Source: an uncultured Nitrospiraceae bacterium
GTDB lineage: Bacteria > Nitrospirota > Nitrospiria > Nitrospirales > Nitrospiraceae
NCBI GenBank assembly: GCA_963720035.1
Contig: CAVREB010000016.1
Span: 87,756-151,755 of the forward strand
Length of the DNA stretch: 64,000 bases
Direction of reading: 5' to 3'
The notes below the pieces were generated by a model. That model did no database searches, had not been told where the DNA came from, and saw nothing but the letters and a program-made list of their open reading frames with translations. Both the position numbers and the translations under genes were made by a program. Below are positions 10,849 to 19,743 of the stretch, one piece after another (position 1 is the first letter of the stretch; each line of letters begins with the position of its first letter).

Positions 10849-11292
10849 TCAGAACGTCCAAATCGGCTTGGTCGCTCTGACGTAGCCCAAGAGGATGTCT
10901 CTGCGAGCAACGATGCCGACCAGCTTGCCTTCAGCGTCAACCACGGCAACCCGGATGAGATGTTTGCTCTGCAGCAGGTTAATGATCTCCATAGCCGGCG
11001 TATCCTGGGTTACAGAGATCGCCCCCTTGGTCATAATATCCCCTGCCTTCACCTTGGACAATTCTTTGCCTTCCACGATGGCCTTCAGCAAGTCGAACTC
11101 ACTCACAATACCCAGCACCTTGCCGTTCTCGGCTAAAATGGGGACGCTGCCAAAGCCGCCTTCAGTGATCGCCCCAGCCAACCTATCTGCTGTATTCTCA
11201 ACTCGGTAGTACGACACTACATCTTGCATGAAGTGCTCTGCCTTGAGCGTTGCGAAATCCCGGGCGCCTACCATGTAATCAACACGTCGCAT
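10849..11292 (-). CDS. CBS-pair domain protein
   Basis: 147 aa with two CBS repeats (GIVSEFDLLKAIV; GIVARRDILLGYV). AAAGGAG RBS upstream. Confidence 0.8.
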   Translation of the reverse strand: MRRVDYMVGARDFATLKAEHFMQDVVSYYRVENTADRLAGAITEGGFGSVPILAENGKVLGIVSEFDLLKAIVEGKELSKVKAGDIMTKGAISVTQDTPAMEIINLLQSKHLIRVAVVDAEGKLVGIVARRDILLGYVRATKPIWTF

Positions 11293-11941
11293 AATCAGTT
11301 TCTCCTTTGCGGGGTCTTGTTGGGTGAATAACTAGGTGGAGGTGAGTCCCATTCATGAATGTCGAAGACGATGCCACGGACCATTCAGCGAGAATCATCA
11401 CAGGCCGTAACGCCCCGCTCTTACCAAATACGGGAAAACTACTATCAGGAAAGGAGAATAGTAGCAAGCCAGAAGAGGCGATATCGTGCGTCCCAAGACC
11501 GGGGCGAGGTGTGCGGATCATCCGCGAAGCGACTACAGTCACGGCCAGACCAGTTAGGCCAATGATCTCGCCCATCCAGCTCATAATCAACCCAGCATCC
11601 GGGGCAACATCTAGACCGCGCCGACCGCTTGCACTCCGGTTCGCTGAATTTCATGGACTGCTCGGCACACCCTAACCTAGGCTTCTTGATGAGCGAGAAG
11701 AAAGCCTGGGCTTGCGGGTTTGTTGAGCCTCTTCCTAGGGCTTGCTCGGTAGTGGAACAGGCAAGTCTCCAAGGCTGAACCACCAACAGTTTTTTCAAGA
11801 ATATCGCGCTCGAGATTTCTGGCATTCAACTCGTTGTCATCACAAATTTCATGAAGACTGTTACTAGGAGCCATTTACTGTTATACTCACAACGGAATTA
11901 CCCTTCCTCAATCTTTACCAACCACATAGTGAGGTGCGCGT

Positions 11942-12220
11942 ATGGCAGACCTGTTTGCAAGGCATCCGAATACTGTTAAGGACATCGTTGTCGCCGAGAC
12001 GTTCTGTCCTCTGCACCAGGAGCCGGTGAAAGTCAGCTTCGAGATGAATGGAGTGCGCGGGAAGCTTACCGCTCTGGATGAGTGCTCCATTCTGCAGATG
12101 GGAGAAAAGTGCAACGAGGCCTGCAGGAAAGACCCGGAAATTCTAAAGGCCATCCATCAAAAGATGGAGGAGTTTAGGGAAGAGTCGGCACGGGAGATTC
12201 CAATCATCTCGACGCCGTAA
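11942..12220 (+). CDS. hypothetical Cys-containing protein (92 aa)
   Basis: ORF with four Cys (FCPLH...DECS...EKCNEAC). No family recognised. Confidence 0.4.
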   Translation: MADLFARHPNTVKDIVVAETFCPLHQEPVKVSFEMNGVRGKLTALDECSILQMGEKCNEACRKDPEILKAIHQKMEEFREESAREIPIISTP

Positions 12221-12250
12221 CGTCATTAATTTGCAGGGGAGGACCAGATT

Positions 12251-12697
12251 TTGAAACGAGCGTTAGTTCTGTGTATCGCTGTATTTCTTTCAGCTGTCTG
12301 CGCGCTTGATGCAGGGGCGGGAAATCCCGATGTTGAGTTCAAGATCAAGGTGAGTAAAGACGGCTTCAGTGATTCAAAAGGACGCATCATTGACGCGCCC
12401 TTCCATGTAAAGAAGGGCGAATCGGTGCGCGTAACATTTCTTTTTGACGAGAAGACCTCTGAAGTCTTGCGCGATATGATGCGCGACGCTCAGGACCAAC
12501 ATGGATTTGTGCATGCATTCGCCTTGCATAATGGCAAGGAGATCGTTGCAGAAACACAGGAGCTCAGTCTCAAGAACAGACAGACAACCCTTGATTTTAT
12601 TGCTGGGGACAAGGGGGCGCAGAACTACAAGATTTATTGCACGCTGATGTGCTTTGGCATGGAGCACTTACACGATCTGACGATCGAGGTGGGCTGA
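12251..12697 (+). CDS. secreted protein, possibly cupredoxin-like
   Basis: TTG start and signal peptide MKRALVLCIAVFLSAVCALDAGAG. C-terminal YCTLMCFGMEHLHDLTIEV loosely resembles a CuA/cupredoxin ligand cluster. The call is tentative. Confidence 0.45.
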   Translation: MKRALVLCIAVFLSAVCALDAGAGNPDVEFKIKVSKDGFSDSKGRIIDAPFHVKKGESVRVTFLFDEKTSEVLRDMMRDAQDQHGFVHAFALHNGKEIVAETQELSLKNRQTTLDFIAGDKGAQNYKIYCTLMCFGMEHLHDLTIEVG

Positions 12698-12828
12698 AGA
12701 GTGTGTTCAGCGAAACCTGTTTGCAGTCGTGGCTCAGGTCCATTCATCCCGCGTGCCCTCTAACAAGAGTATTGCACCATGCGTGCAGTTGTCGTACGCG
12801 GGATTTCCGCATGCCCCATCGCGATCCC

Positions 12829-12856
12829 GAAGAGTGGTTTCGGTAGCTACACCTTC
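12829..12856 (+). repeat. direct repeat DR1, copy b
   Basis: Matches 10751..10778 in 27 of 28 nt. Confidence 0.9.
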
Positions 12857-12893
12857 GAGCGGTGCGCCTCGCAGGTGATAGCCGGCCGGCCAG
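12857..12893 (+). repeat. direct repeat DR2, copy a (37 bp)
   Basis: GAGCGGTGCGCCTCGCAGGTGATAGCCGGCCGGCCAG recurs at 22960..22996 with 1 mismatch. It directly abuts DR1 copy b. Confidence 0.9.
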
Positions 12894-13096
12894 TGTCGGT
12901 GGCTACAACACAAACACGAGGGGATGCGGCAACGGTTGGGATGAAGCCTAGACCGAGCGAAAGCAGGACTGCTACCACGGACCGACACCAGCCTTTTCAG
13001 TGCATCAACAACATGAGCAGAAACAATATGTTACATCAAAAAGACGATGCAAAAAGTGACATTTTATGTCATGGAAAATCAATGAGTTGCAGGGCC

Positions 13097-13116
13097 AGGT
13101 GCCACTAGTGGCACCT
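13097..13116. repeat. perfect 20-bp palindrome
   Basis: AGGTGCCACTAGTGGCACCT is its own reverse complement. It lies ~100 nt downstream of the REC-GGDEF gene. Confidence 0.9.
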
Positions 13117-13219
13117 CCTTACGATCTGGGACCACAGGTATTCTCGCGTGATCCAAGGCGATCTCTGGGAGGTCAGCCTCATGATCCGAGACAGTGAGCA
13201 AAATGGGATTGCGGTTCTT

Positions 13220-14113
13220 CTATTTACGATTGGGAACTGCGTTCTTGGCCGAAGTGAGAAGGGCTGCACGAGAGGTGCCTTCATGGGGATACGCGGTCGC
13301 CACCCCTACAGCAACGGTAGGGCCGAGATCCAATGCCTCGATGGTTGTGTGGAGATGGTCGGCCATCGGCTTCGCATCCTCAACTCCTGTCCCAACTAAC
13401 AGCACCACAAACTCCGCCCCTCGGTACCGTCCGACGACCTGGCCTGGCTGGGTAAACGTCTCTTGTGCCGCCTGGGCAAATTTCTGTAGGCACTCGTCAC
13501 CCGTGATGTACCCATAGGTGTCGTTAAAGGCCTTAGAATTTTCCAGGGTAACGAAGAGAAGCGAAATCGGCAGATGTTCTCGTGTCGCGCGTGCCCACTC
13601 TTGGTCGAACAGCTCATCGAGACTCCACCAGTTCATAATGCCCGTTAAGCTGTCGATACCCTGGGGGACGTGGTTGTTCGCCTTCTGGGGGACCATCTTC
13701 TGTGACTGCGCTCGCTGGTTGGCGTCTTCTTGCATTCTGAGTACCATCGCGACCTTGGCTAAGAGCTCAACCTTATTCAATGGCTTGCGAATATAGTCGA
13801 CTGCCCCTCGCCTTAAGGCTAATTGGATAGTACCCGGTGTCGTATCACCCGAGACCATCAGGATCGGGACCGCTTCAGATTGCGTCATAGACTTGATCCG
13901 CCTGCAGGCGTCAAGTCCATCGAATCCAGGCATCTTGACATCAAGCAAAATCAAATCGATGGGGGCCAGCGGCTTGCCCTCGGTTAGCCCCTTCAGGTAC
14001 TGCAACGCCTCGTCCGCCGAGTTGGTGGTGACAATTTTATAGTTGGCGGACTTCAGGTGCGCCCCGAAAAGCAGGCATTCATCCGGTGAGTCATCGACGA
14101 TTAAAATGGCCAT
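13220..14113 (-). CDS. response regulator with degenerate GGDEF domain
   Basis: REC domain (ILIVDDSPDE...DLILLDVKMPGFDG) plus a GGDEF fold (FNDTYGYITGDECL...). The signature reads RGAEF in place of GG(D/E)EF, and there is no RxxD I-site. Confidence 0.85.
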   Translation of the reverse strand: MAILIVDDSPDECLLFGAHLKSANYKIVTTNSADEALQYLKGLTEGKPLAPIDLILLDVKMPGFDGLDACRRIKSMTQSEAVPILMVSGDTTPGTIQLALRRGAVDYIRKPLNKVELLAKVAMVLRMQEDANQRAQSQKMVPQKANNHVPQGIDSLTGIMNWWSLDELFDQEWARATREHLPISLLFVTLENSKAFNDTYGYITGDECLQKFAQAAQETFTQPGQVVGRYRGAEFVVLLVGTGVEDAKPMADHLHTTIEALDLGPTVAVGVATAYPHEGTSRAALLTSAKNAVPNRK

Positions 14114-14370
14114 AGATCTCTCTCCCGGTCAATGCGTTTACGGTACCAGGAACGGGCCATCCGGCCAAGGAATTGTTGAGAAAGGAGCGTGAGAGACGGA
14201 GGAGGTGAAACTTCCACCGATGAGCCGCCGCGATTTTTCCTGGCCGATACTATTTGTTTGTGGAACAGGCGGAAGGATAGGTCAAAGTCCCAGAAAAATC
14301 GGCTTCTCCCGTTTTCAGCTTGAGAGAGGGTTTTGAGCGCTGGACGGAGAGGAACTCATAACATCTTCGA

Positions 14371-14736
14371 ATGGGAGTTTCCGCCATGAGATTTTTACGC
14401 CTATTGCTTCCGCTTCTCGTGACCGCCGCCCTGTTCTCTTGTGCCCTGTCTTCCAACGTTCTTGCCTATGATGATCCCTATGTATATCAGCCCCTCTACG
14501 GCTCGCCCGATTCCAGCGGTCTCTCGCACTCTCCGAGCCGCGACTTATGCGGCAGAGAGACCTGGGATGCACCAGCCAGGCAGCAGTCACCGTACAACAA
14601 CTACAGTTCCGGCCAACCTCATCGATCAGAACCGTGGTCTCCGCCTTCGTCCAACACTCGCGACTTCAATTTGATCGGGAGAGATGGTCGGGCACAACTC
14701 TGCACCGGTACGAAAGACACTGTGTATTGCTGCTGA
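14371..14736 (+). CDS. small secreted Cys-containing protein
   Basis: Signal-like MRFLRLLLPLLVTAALFSCALS (ATG 14386 is an alternative start). Low-complexity S/P-rich body ending in VYCC. Confidence 0.4.
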   Translation: MGVSAMRFLRLLLPLLVTAALFSCALSSNVLAYDDPYVYQPLYGSPDSSGLSHSPSRDLCGRETWDAPARQQSPYNNYSSGQPHRSEPWSPPSSNTRDFNLIGRDGRAQLCTGTKDTVYCC

Positions 14737-14748
14737 CCTTTCAGGAGC

Positions 14749-15072
14749 ATGCCAATGGCGCAGAACGTGTTTCTCACTCGACTGCATGTCCGCTACGATG
14801 CCGCACATTTTCCCGAAGATTTGACGTTTCAAGAAACGTCCGATCGCTCGAATTTTCAGGCCCGCTATATACTCCGTCATCCCTGGACTGGCACTGATGA
14901 ATGTCCCGCAGCCACGGCCTATCGCCAACACCTTCTCGAACGCTACGAGCGGGAAGCCCAGACGCTGGCCAATTTGACTGGCTGGAATATCGACAACATC
15001 CGCAAGGCGATGAACATCGCTTCGGTGCCGGCCGAAGAAAAACTATGGTATCAACGCCTGTGGAGTAACTAG
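14749..15072 (+). pseudogene. C-terminal fragment of a DUF2330-like protein
   Basis: FLTRLHVRYDAAHFPEDLTFQE...NFQARYILRHPW resembles the conserved C-terminus of the much longer DUF2330 family. The expected N-terminal ~two thirds is absent. Confidence 0.45.
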
Positions 15073-15190
15073 TCGAGACGCTGACTTGACACCGCCGAGT
15101 ACTTTCCTGCAGACTTTCGTACATACTCCCCGATTCATGGAGAGTCGAGTTCAGTACCAGCGAGACACCATCCTGAGAGAGGAGGATCTT

Positions 15191-15589
15191 ATGCGAGGGA
15201 AGTCACTCATCATCAGACATCTTGGTCTGGCCGGACTACTCTGCATGACCTTTTCAGCCTGCACCGCGACTCAGACTGCGAGGGATATTCTCGGCGCGAC
15301 GAAAGATTTTCTCTCCTCAACAACGCCGAGTGATTGGTTTACCGCGGACGGAGTCCTAAAAGCAGACCAAAAGGTGATCGCCTTCGTGACCTTCAATTTC
15401 GAAAACCTGAAGCAGGATATGGCCAGAGGCCGCGGTGAATATCTGACCTCGCTCAGCGAATTGTTCGGCGTCCCCCAAGATCGCCGTGAAGCGTTTTTCT
15501 CCTATGCTCAGTCGCGCTACCGGTTTGCTAAGTCGGGGCGGGGCGGCCCGGAGGACCTCGTCGCGCTATTGGCGCCAGCTCAGATCTAA
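15191..15589 (+). CDS. putative lipoprotein
   Basis: GGAGGA RBS, then MRGKSLIIRHLGLAGLLCMTFSACTAT (lipobox-like FSAC). Confidence 0.55.
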   Translation: MRGKSLIIRHLGLAGLLCMTFSACTATQTARDILGATKDFLSSTTPSDWFTADGVLKADQKVIAFVTFNFENLKQDMARGRGEYLTSLSELFGVPQDRREAFFSYAQSRYRFAKSGRGGPEDLVALLAPAQI

Positions 15590-15854
15590 ACTCTCCGGCG
15601 GGCAGGGAGGCATTGCGTTCCTGGCCCGTCATCTGAATCCGGTCTGTTTATCCGCATGCAATCCCGGCTACAGGAATCGGTCTGCGTAGTATTGCGGGTG
15701 TCCCCAACGGGATTTGAGGCCGTTTGCCAAGGTCTTAATGGGTCATGGTGCATCCCGTTTCTAGGATTCGTGGAGGCGGTCTGAAAGAACAACATGCTAG
15801 TGCAGACGTCTGCAGATAAGTTCGACAGCATCGGCTGAGACGAAACAAGCGTTG

Positions 15855-15987
15855 ACCTGCGGTTTACGAATTTCACCCGATCCACACACCGACAACCTAA
15901 CCCCACAAGAAACCACACACCAGGATGCTCCTGACATGGGGGCTGAGGGGGCTCGTTTGTCCTGTCCTGGTAGCAGCGTGGTAGCAG
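15855..15987 (-). repeat. att-like module 2 (degenerate)
   Basis: ACCTGCGGTTTAC (a piece of the tRNA anticodon arm), ~100 nt of diverged flank, then GGTAGCAGCGTGGTAGCAG at 15969..15987. The flank is homologous to 17170..17258. Confidence 0.7.
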
Positions 15988-16305
15988 ATTGATTGTTGTA
16001 GGCCGAAGGTGGGTCCAGGGGGTAAGTTGCCCGTCTTGTCCGCTCCTACTGGGCTCGATCGCCATTGATTAGGTTTCTGCAGGGGGATTAGCCTATCCCT
16101 ATGATGCAGCATTTCTTCATCCGTCGTCTTCCAGCCTCAGAGAGGAGGTCTCGCCATGGAACCTGCCAGAAAACTCGATAAGCTTGCCTCCGATCGGGAG
16201 TCCTACAAGCCCGGATAAGGTGATCGACGTCGGGAGCTACATTTTGTGAGGGTTGATTGTGTTCGTAGGTTCGAGTTGGCTGTGTAATGTCCGTTTGGTG
16301 ACCTT

Positions 16306-17076
16306 GTGGTCAAGTCAGATCGACTGGATAATAACAGGGAGGATTTCTCGTTGCTGCTTGATGTGGGAAACGCGAAGCTGGAGACGCTGGTGCTGCTTCC
16401 CGGCCTGGACGGGACGGAGGTCTTTTTCCGACCGCTACTGGCGTCGTTGCCGGAGTGGGTCAGACCGCACGTGGTCTCCTTTCCTCCAGCAGGCGCCACT
16501 GAGTATGCGGACCTCCTCGCGATTGTGCGAGAAGCGGTATCAGCGATCCCAAGCTTCTACGTGCTGGGATCATCGTTTGCTGGGCCGCTAGCGCTCATGC
16601 TCGCGGAGGCAGAATCGGACAAGGTTCGGGGCGTGATCCTGGCCACGACGTTTGTGAGGCCGCCGCGCAGGATCTATGTGCGAATGCGGTTCACCTCAGT
16701 TGCGCCGACTATCTGGTTGCTTCGCACCTGTCGTCACATTCCCGTCTGGCTTTCCAGAGGGCCGACCGATCAGCTTCGCCTGGATACGGCGGAGATCTGG
16801 AAACGTGTGACCGCCCACATAGTAGCAGCACGCATTCGGTCGTTGCTGAACGTCGATGCGCGAGAACTTTTGAGGAGATGTCCGGCTCCGGTGCTCTGCA
16901 TCGCAGGGAGCAATGACGGTGTCGTCCCCTGGCGCAATGTTGAGGAGATCGTCCGTGTACGACCGTCCGTGTCTGTGCGCAGGATCAAGGGCCGCCACTT
17001 CGCGATCTACACGAATCCGACGGCCACTACGGAGGCGATCACGGCGTTCATGGAAGCAAAGAGGCAGGATGAATAG
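16306..17076 (+). CDS. alpha/beta-fold hydrolase
   Basis: LLPGLDGTEVFF, nucleophile elbow GSSFAG, and a C-terminal His region (KGRHF). The exact start is uncertain. Confidence 0.75.
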   Translation: MVKSDRLDNNREDFSLLLDVGNAKLETLVLLPGLDGTEVFFRPLLASLPEWVRPHVVSFPPAGATEYADLLAIVREAVSAIPSFYVLGSSFAGPLALMLAEAESDKVRGVILATTFVRPPRRIYVRMRFTSVAPTIWLLRTCRHIPVWLSRGPTDQLRLDTAEIWKRVTAHIVAARIRSLLNVDARELLRRCPAPVLCIAGSNDGVVPWRNVEEIVRVRPSVSVRRIKGRHFAIYTNPTATTEAITAFMEAKRQDE

Positions 17077-17161
17077 CGCCACATGGATGTTAGAGGGTTT
17101 GGTGGCTGGCCCTGTGACTCAGAAACTACTGATTTTAAGTTGCCACATGGCATTGCTTACG

Positions 17162-17258
17162 TGGAGCACTAACCCCACAAGAGACCACAAACCGGGATGC
17201 TCGCGAAGCGGGTCCCGATGCGGCTGGTTTGTCCTATCCTGGTAGCAGCGTGGTAGCG
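17162..17258 (-). repeat. att-like module 3 (degenerate; tRNA part mostly deleted)
   Basis: TGGAGC, then CTAACCCCACAAGAGACCACAAACC...GGTAGCAGCGTGGTAGCG. It is collinear with module 2. Confidence 0.65.
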
Positions 17259-17296
17259 GACTTGGAGAGCAAGGCTGGGAGATTTGGACAACTTGA

Positions 17297-17971
17297 CTAT
17301 CGGGGACTAGGGTGCCGATCGAGTCTAGTTCGAGTAATGCCTAACTTCTTCATCCTGTATTGAAGAGACGTGCGCTTCATCCCTAGCTTTGTGGCGGCAC
17401 CGGATGCGCCACCGATAACCCATCGGCATTCTTCGAGCGTCCGACCGATCAGGCCGCGCAGGTCATCTTCAAGGGTGGGGGCTTGGGGGTCGATACTCTC
17501 GTTGAGAGGCGATGCCTTGGCCGCCTCAGTCAGGAGATGCAATAAGGATTGGCATTTCTCCCGAAGCCCTGTCCAAAAAAAGTTGTTCAGTCTGGCTTTA
17601 GCGTTCGTACTCCATTTGACAAACTTTACGCCGAAGTGTGTTCCGATAGCCCACTGTACTGTGGCATCCTCAATCATGACCGGCTCTTTGTCGTTAGAGA
17701 GATAGAGGACTAGCGCCAGTCGCATCCCGATATGAACCGGATCCTGGCTTTCGATTTGAAGCCCTTCTCGTGAGACATCGATTACCAGTCCCTTGGCCAT
17801 TATCTCAGGGGTGAGATAGCTAATCGAAGCCTGGAGTGGCATGCGGGGCACGCATCGATCCTTCCATGCCTTCTCGTTTACAGCCATATTTTCGCCTGTG
17901 CTGGGGACTGTTACCAATTGGCCATCGGTATCGTACAAATAAAATATGCTCCGATGGGGACGGTCTGTCAC
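17297..17971 (-). CDS. PilZ domain protein fused to a Fis-type (HTH_8) DNA-binding domain
   Basis: PilZ motifs RCVPR (RxxxR) and DVSREG (DxSxxG). C-terminus LEECRWVIGGASGAATKLGMKRTSLQYRMKKLGI matches the HTH of sigma54 activators. There is no AAA+ domain. Confidence 0.7.
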   Translation of the reverse strand: MTDRPHRSIFYLYDTDGQLVTVPSTGENMAVNEKAWKDRCVPRMPLQASISYLTPEIMAKGLVIDVSREGLQIESQDPVHIGMRLALVLYLSNDKEPVMIEDATVQWAIGTHFGVKFVKWSTNAKARLNNFFWTGLREKCQSLLHLLTEAAKASPLNESIDPQAPTLEDDLRGLIGRTLEECRWVIGGASGAATKLGMKRTSLQYRMKKLGITRTRLDRHPSPR

Positions 17972-18450
17972 GTGTTACAGCATAAATTGCAGTCAAATCT
18001 CATTGGAGGTCGAGCGGGCAATAGGCCGCGACTTTCATTACGCTCCAGTCGCGGGGTGCCAACAGCAAGGTGTTTGAGAACAGACAAAATCAAGGTCAGA
18101 CCCGAATGGTTGTAAGGGCTCGATTTTAGCGGTATTTCAAACGCCCTTGCGCATCGCATTGAAGTGAGTGGGACCAGAATCGCTGGAGGGATTTTAGCGG
18201 CATTTTCGCCCCCGGCCAGTAGGAGCAGCGGTCTTGTAAGCCTTTCCAGTACTTCCACACAAACCGTTGTCAGCAGAGTTGAATGCCCCGTCTAGAGTGG
18301 CTTTGCACCGGTTCAACCATTGGGTCCTATTCAGGTGGAGTGAGGGCCTTTGAGGCGTTTTAAGCCGTAGATTGAACACGCCGGGAACACGTAGGGTTTC
18401 TATGTAGAAATGGCTTGTTTTAGAGGCAGAGGGATGATTAAGAAGACGTC

Positions 18451-18783
18451 TTAAATTTGGCGGGCGAGCAGTGCGAGATAATCATCACACGTCGGAATCA
18501 GTTCTTTGCAGCCTGATCCGGTTTCGAAATAGGGCACTTGGATGCCGACCGCATGTTTGGTTGCGCCGATGCCAGCCGCCATGTGGAGGGCAGGGGGATA
18601 AGTGATTTCGAGGCCCTTAAAACCAAAATCTGATACCCACTTTGTTTCTGTATGTAGGTCCTGGGCCCCGGCGTTATGAGCCGCGGTGCCCCGTTGGTGT
18701 AACATAAAGTTGATCAACTCTCCTTCCTGACGGTTCAGGTTCTTCCTCCACCCTTTCCTTGTCTTATTGAGGCTGATCGTCAC
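18451..18783 (-). CDS. hypothetical protein (110 aa)
   Basis: GTG-start ORF downstream of a 51-aa ORF. No family recognised. Confidence 0.4.
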   Translation of the reverse strand: MTISLNKTRKGWRKNLNRQEGELINFMLHQRGTAAHNAGAQDLHTETKWVSDFGFKGLEITYPPALHMAAGIGATKHAVGIQVPYFETGSGCKELIPTCDDYLALLARQI

Positions 18784-18804
18784 GCTATAGCAGGCCTCTT
18801 GAAA

Positions 18805-18960
18805 TTAGTCGTAATAGAGCGGGAACTCTGCACGTCGAGGGATCGAGGCATCACGAGCCAGTGTCTCTCTTATCTTCCCCAACGCGATTTGTGCTTCCTG
18901 GATTTTTTGAGCCGCACTTGGGGCGGTGGCTAGCCATTCCGTTTTATCCTTTTTACTCAT
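18805..18960 (-). CDS. small hypothetical protein (51 aa)
   Basis: ATG 18960 to TAA 18805: MSKKDKTEWLATAPSAAQKIQEAQIALGKIRETLARDASIPRRAEFPLYYD. It is below the ORF-track cutoff and has a weak RBS. Confidence 0.3.
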   Translation of the reverse strand: MSKKDKTEWLATAPSAAQKIQEAQIALGKIRETLARDASIPRRAEFPLYYD

Positions 18961-19019
18961 GCCCGTTCGAGCCTTCTAAAAATAGGGGAACGCATTGGGG
19001 ATTTTCCCATGAAATGTGT

Positions 19020-19181
19020 TTAGCGCCGTGATCCTCCCCGATACGGACCTTTAGAATGAGCCTCTTTTTTCTGTTCTTGGTTGTACTTATCGCAAAGGGG
19101 ATTTTTACAGGTGAATTTATCTAAACGCGGGGTCCTGATGAGATTCCCAGGCTTTTTGCATGTGGGGCAATCCATCTCCAT
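19020..19181 (-). CDS. small Zn-ribbon protein (53 aa)
   Basis: GGAGG RBS 5-6 nt upstream of ATG 19181. MEMDCPTCKKPGNLIRTPRLDKFTCKNPLCDKY carries CPxC...CxxxxC. Confidence 0.5.
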   Translation of the reverse strand: MEMDCPTCKKPGNLIRTPRLDKFTCKNPLCDKYNQEQKKEAHSKGPYRGGSRR

Positions 19182-19235
19182 CTGTTACCTCCACTATTAA
19201 CTAGTCCGTTCTTTATAGAGTGCATCCGAAAAATC

Positions 19236-19420
19236 GAGCTGGCGAGAGGAATTGAACCTCCAACCTGCGGTTTACAAATCTCCTCCTATCGTAACTGAGC
19301 CAATCCAGCAAGAGCCATCCCCACAGAAAAGCGAAGATTTTGAAAAACCGTGATCGTCATGTGTTGTCTTGGTTTGGGCTGTTCTGGTAGCAGCGTGGTA
19401 GCAGGAAGGTTTCAGGGTTC
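19236..19420 (-). repeat. att-like module 4: tRNA-Thr 3'-half copy, conserved flank and GGTAGCA dyad
   Basis: 19236..19278 is identical (43 of 43 nt) to the tRNA from the first anticodon-loop base to the first C of CCA. The flank is homologous to module 1. The dyad lies at 19386..19404. Confidence 0.9.
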
Positions 19421-19548
19421 TACAGATTTAGACCCTGCTGATGCAGGAGGATAAAAAGGCGTGGCACCCGTAAAATCGTCTAGGATGGTACGCACTTCAA
19501 AGGGCGCGTTCTGGATTGCCTCCGGCCAGGCAAAGGGCTACGCGAGCC

Positions 19549-19743
19549 TCAATGGTCGGGTTTGGATAATCCCGTTCGCAGTCTGCTAAGAATTCGCTTT
19601 GCCAACCCCACCTTTATGCGAATCTGTGCCGCGTGGTGATAGCACACTGCCGAACCTTGACGGATTGTAGTGGCGACACTGGGACAATAGGAACACCTCC
19701 ACTCAGTAAACCCTGCCATATTGGTCTCGTCCTTGTTCTCCAT
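19549..19743 (-). CDS. small Cys/His-containing hypothetical protein (64 aa)
   Basis: ORF with WRCSYC...CYHH and a distant GAGGAG. Weak support. Confidence 0.25.
   Translation of the reverse strand: MENKDETNMAGFTEWRCSYCPSVATTIRQGSAVCYHHAAQIRIKVGLAKRILSRLRTGLSKPDH

Noticed and set aside
11279-11675. ORFs 11279..11590 (minus) and 11355..11675 (plus) in the 650-nt gap upstream of the CBS gene.
   Set aside because: They are mutually antisense, neither has an RBS, and the minus-strand ORF runs through the CBS gene's own RBS and start. No motifs. Treated as non-coding.
13103-13120. TGGCAC inside the 20-bp palindrome, and TGGCAC at ~28410, considered as sigma54 -24 elements.
   Set aside because: No GC dinucleotide lies at the required 12-nt register downstream (CG or off by one), and sigma54 spacing is strict.
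10581-19320. The att-like modules considered as extra, functional tRNA genes. Upstream of the 3' half they show GCTGGAT TG GCTCAGTT-like sequence of about the right length.
   Set aside because: The 5' parts cannot form acceptor, D or anticodon stems with the conserved 3' half: GAGAT does not pair with ACCGC and the acceptor strands are mismatched. At best they are pseudo-tRNAs or junction sequences.
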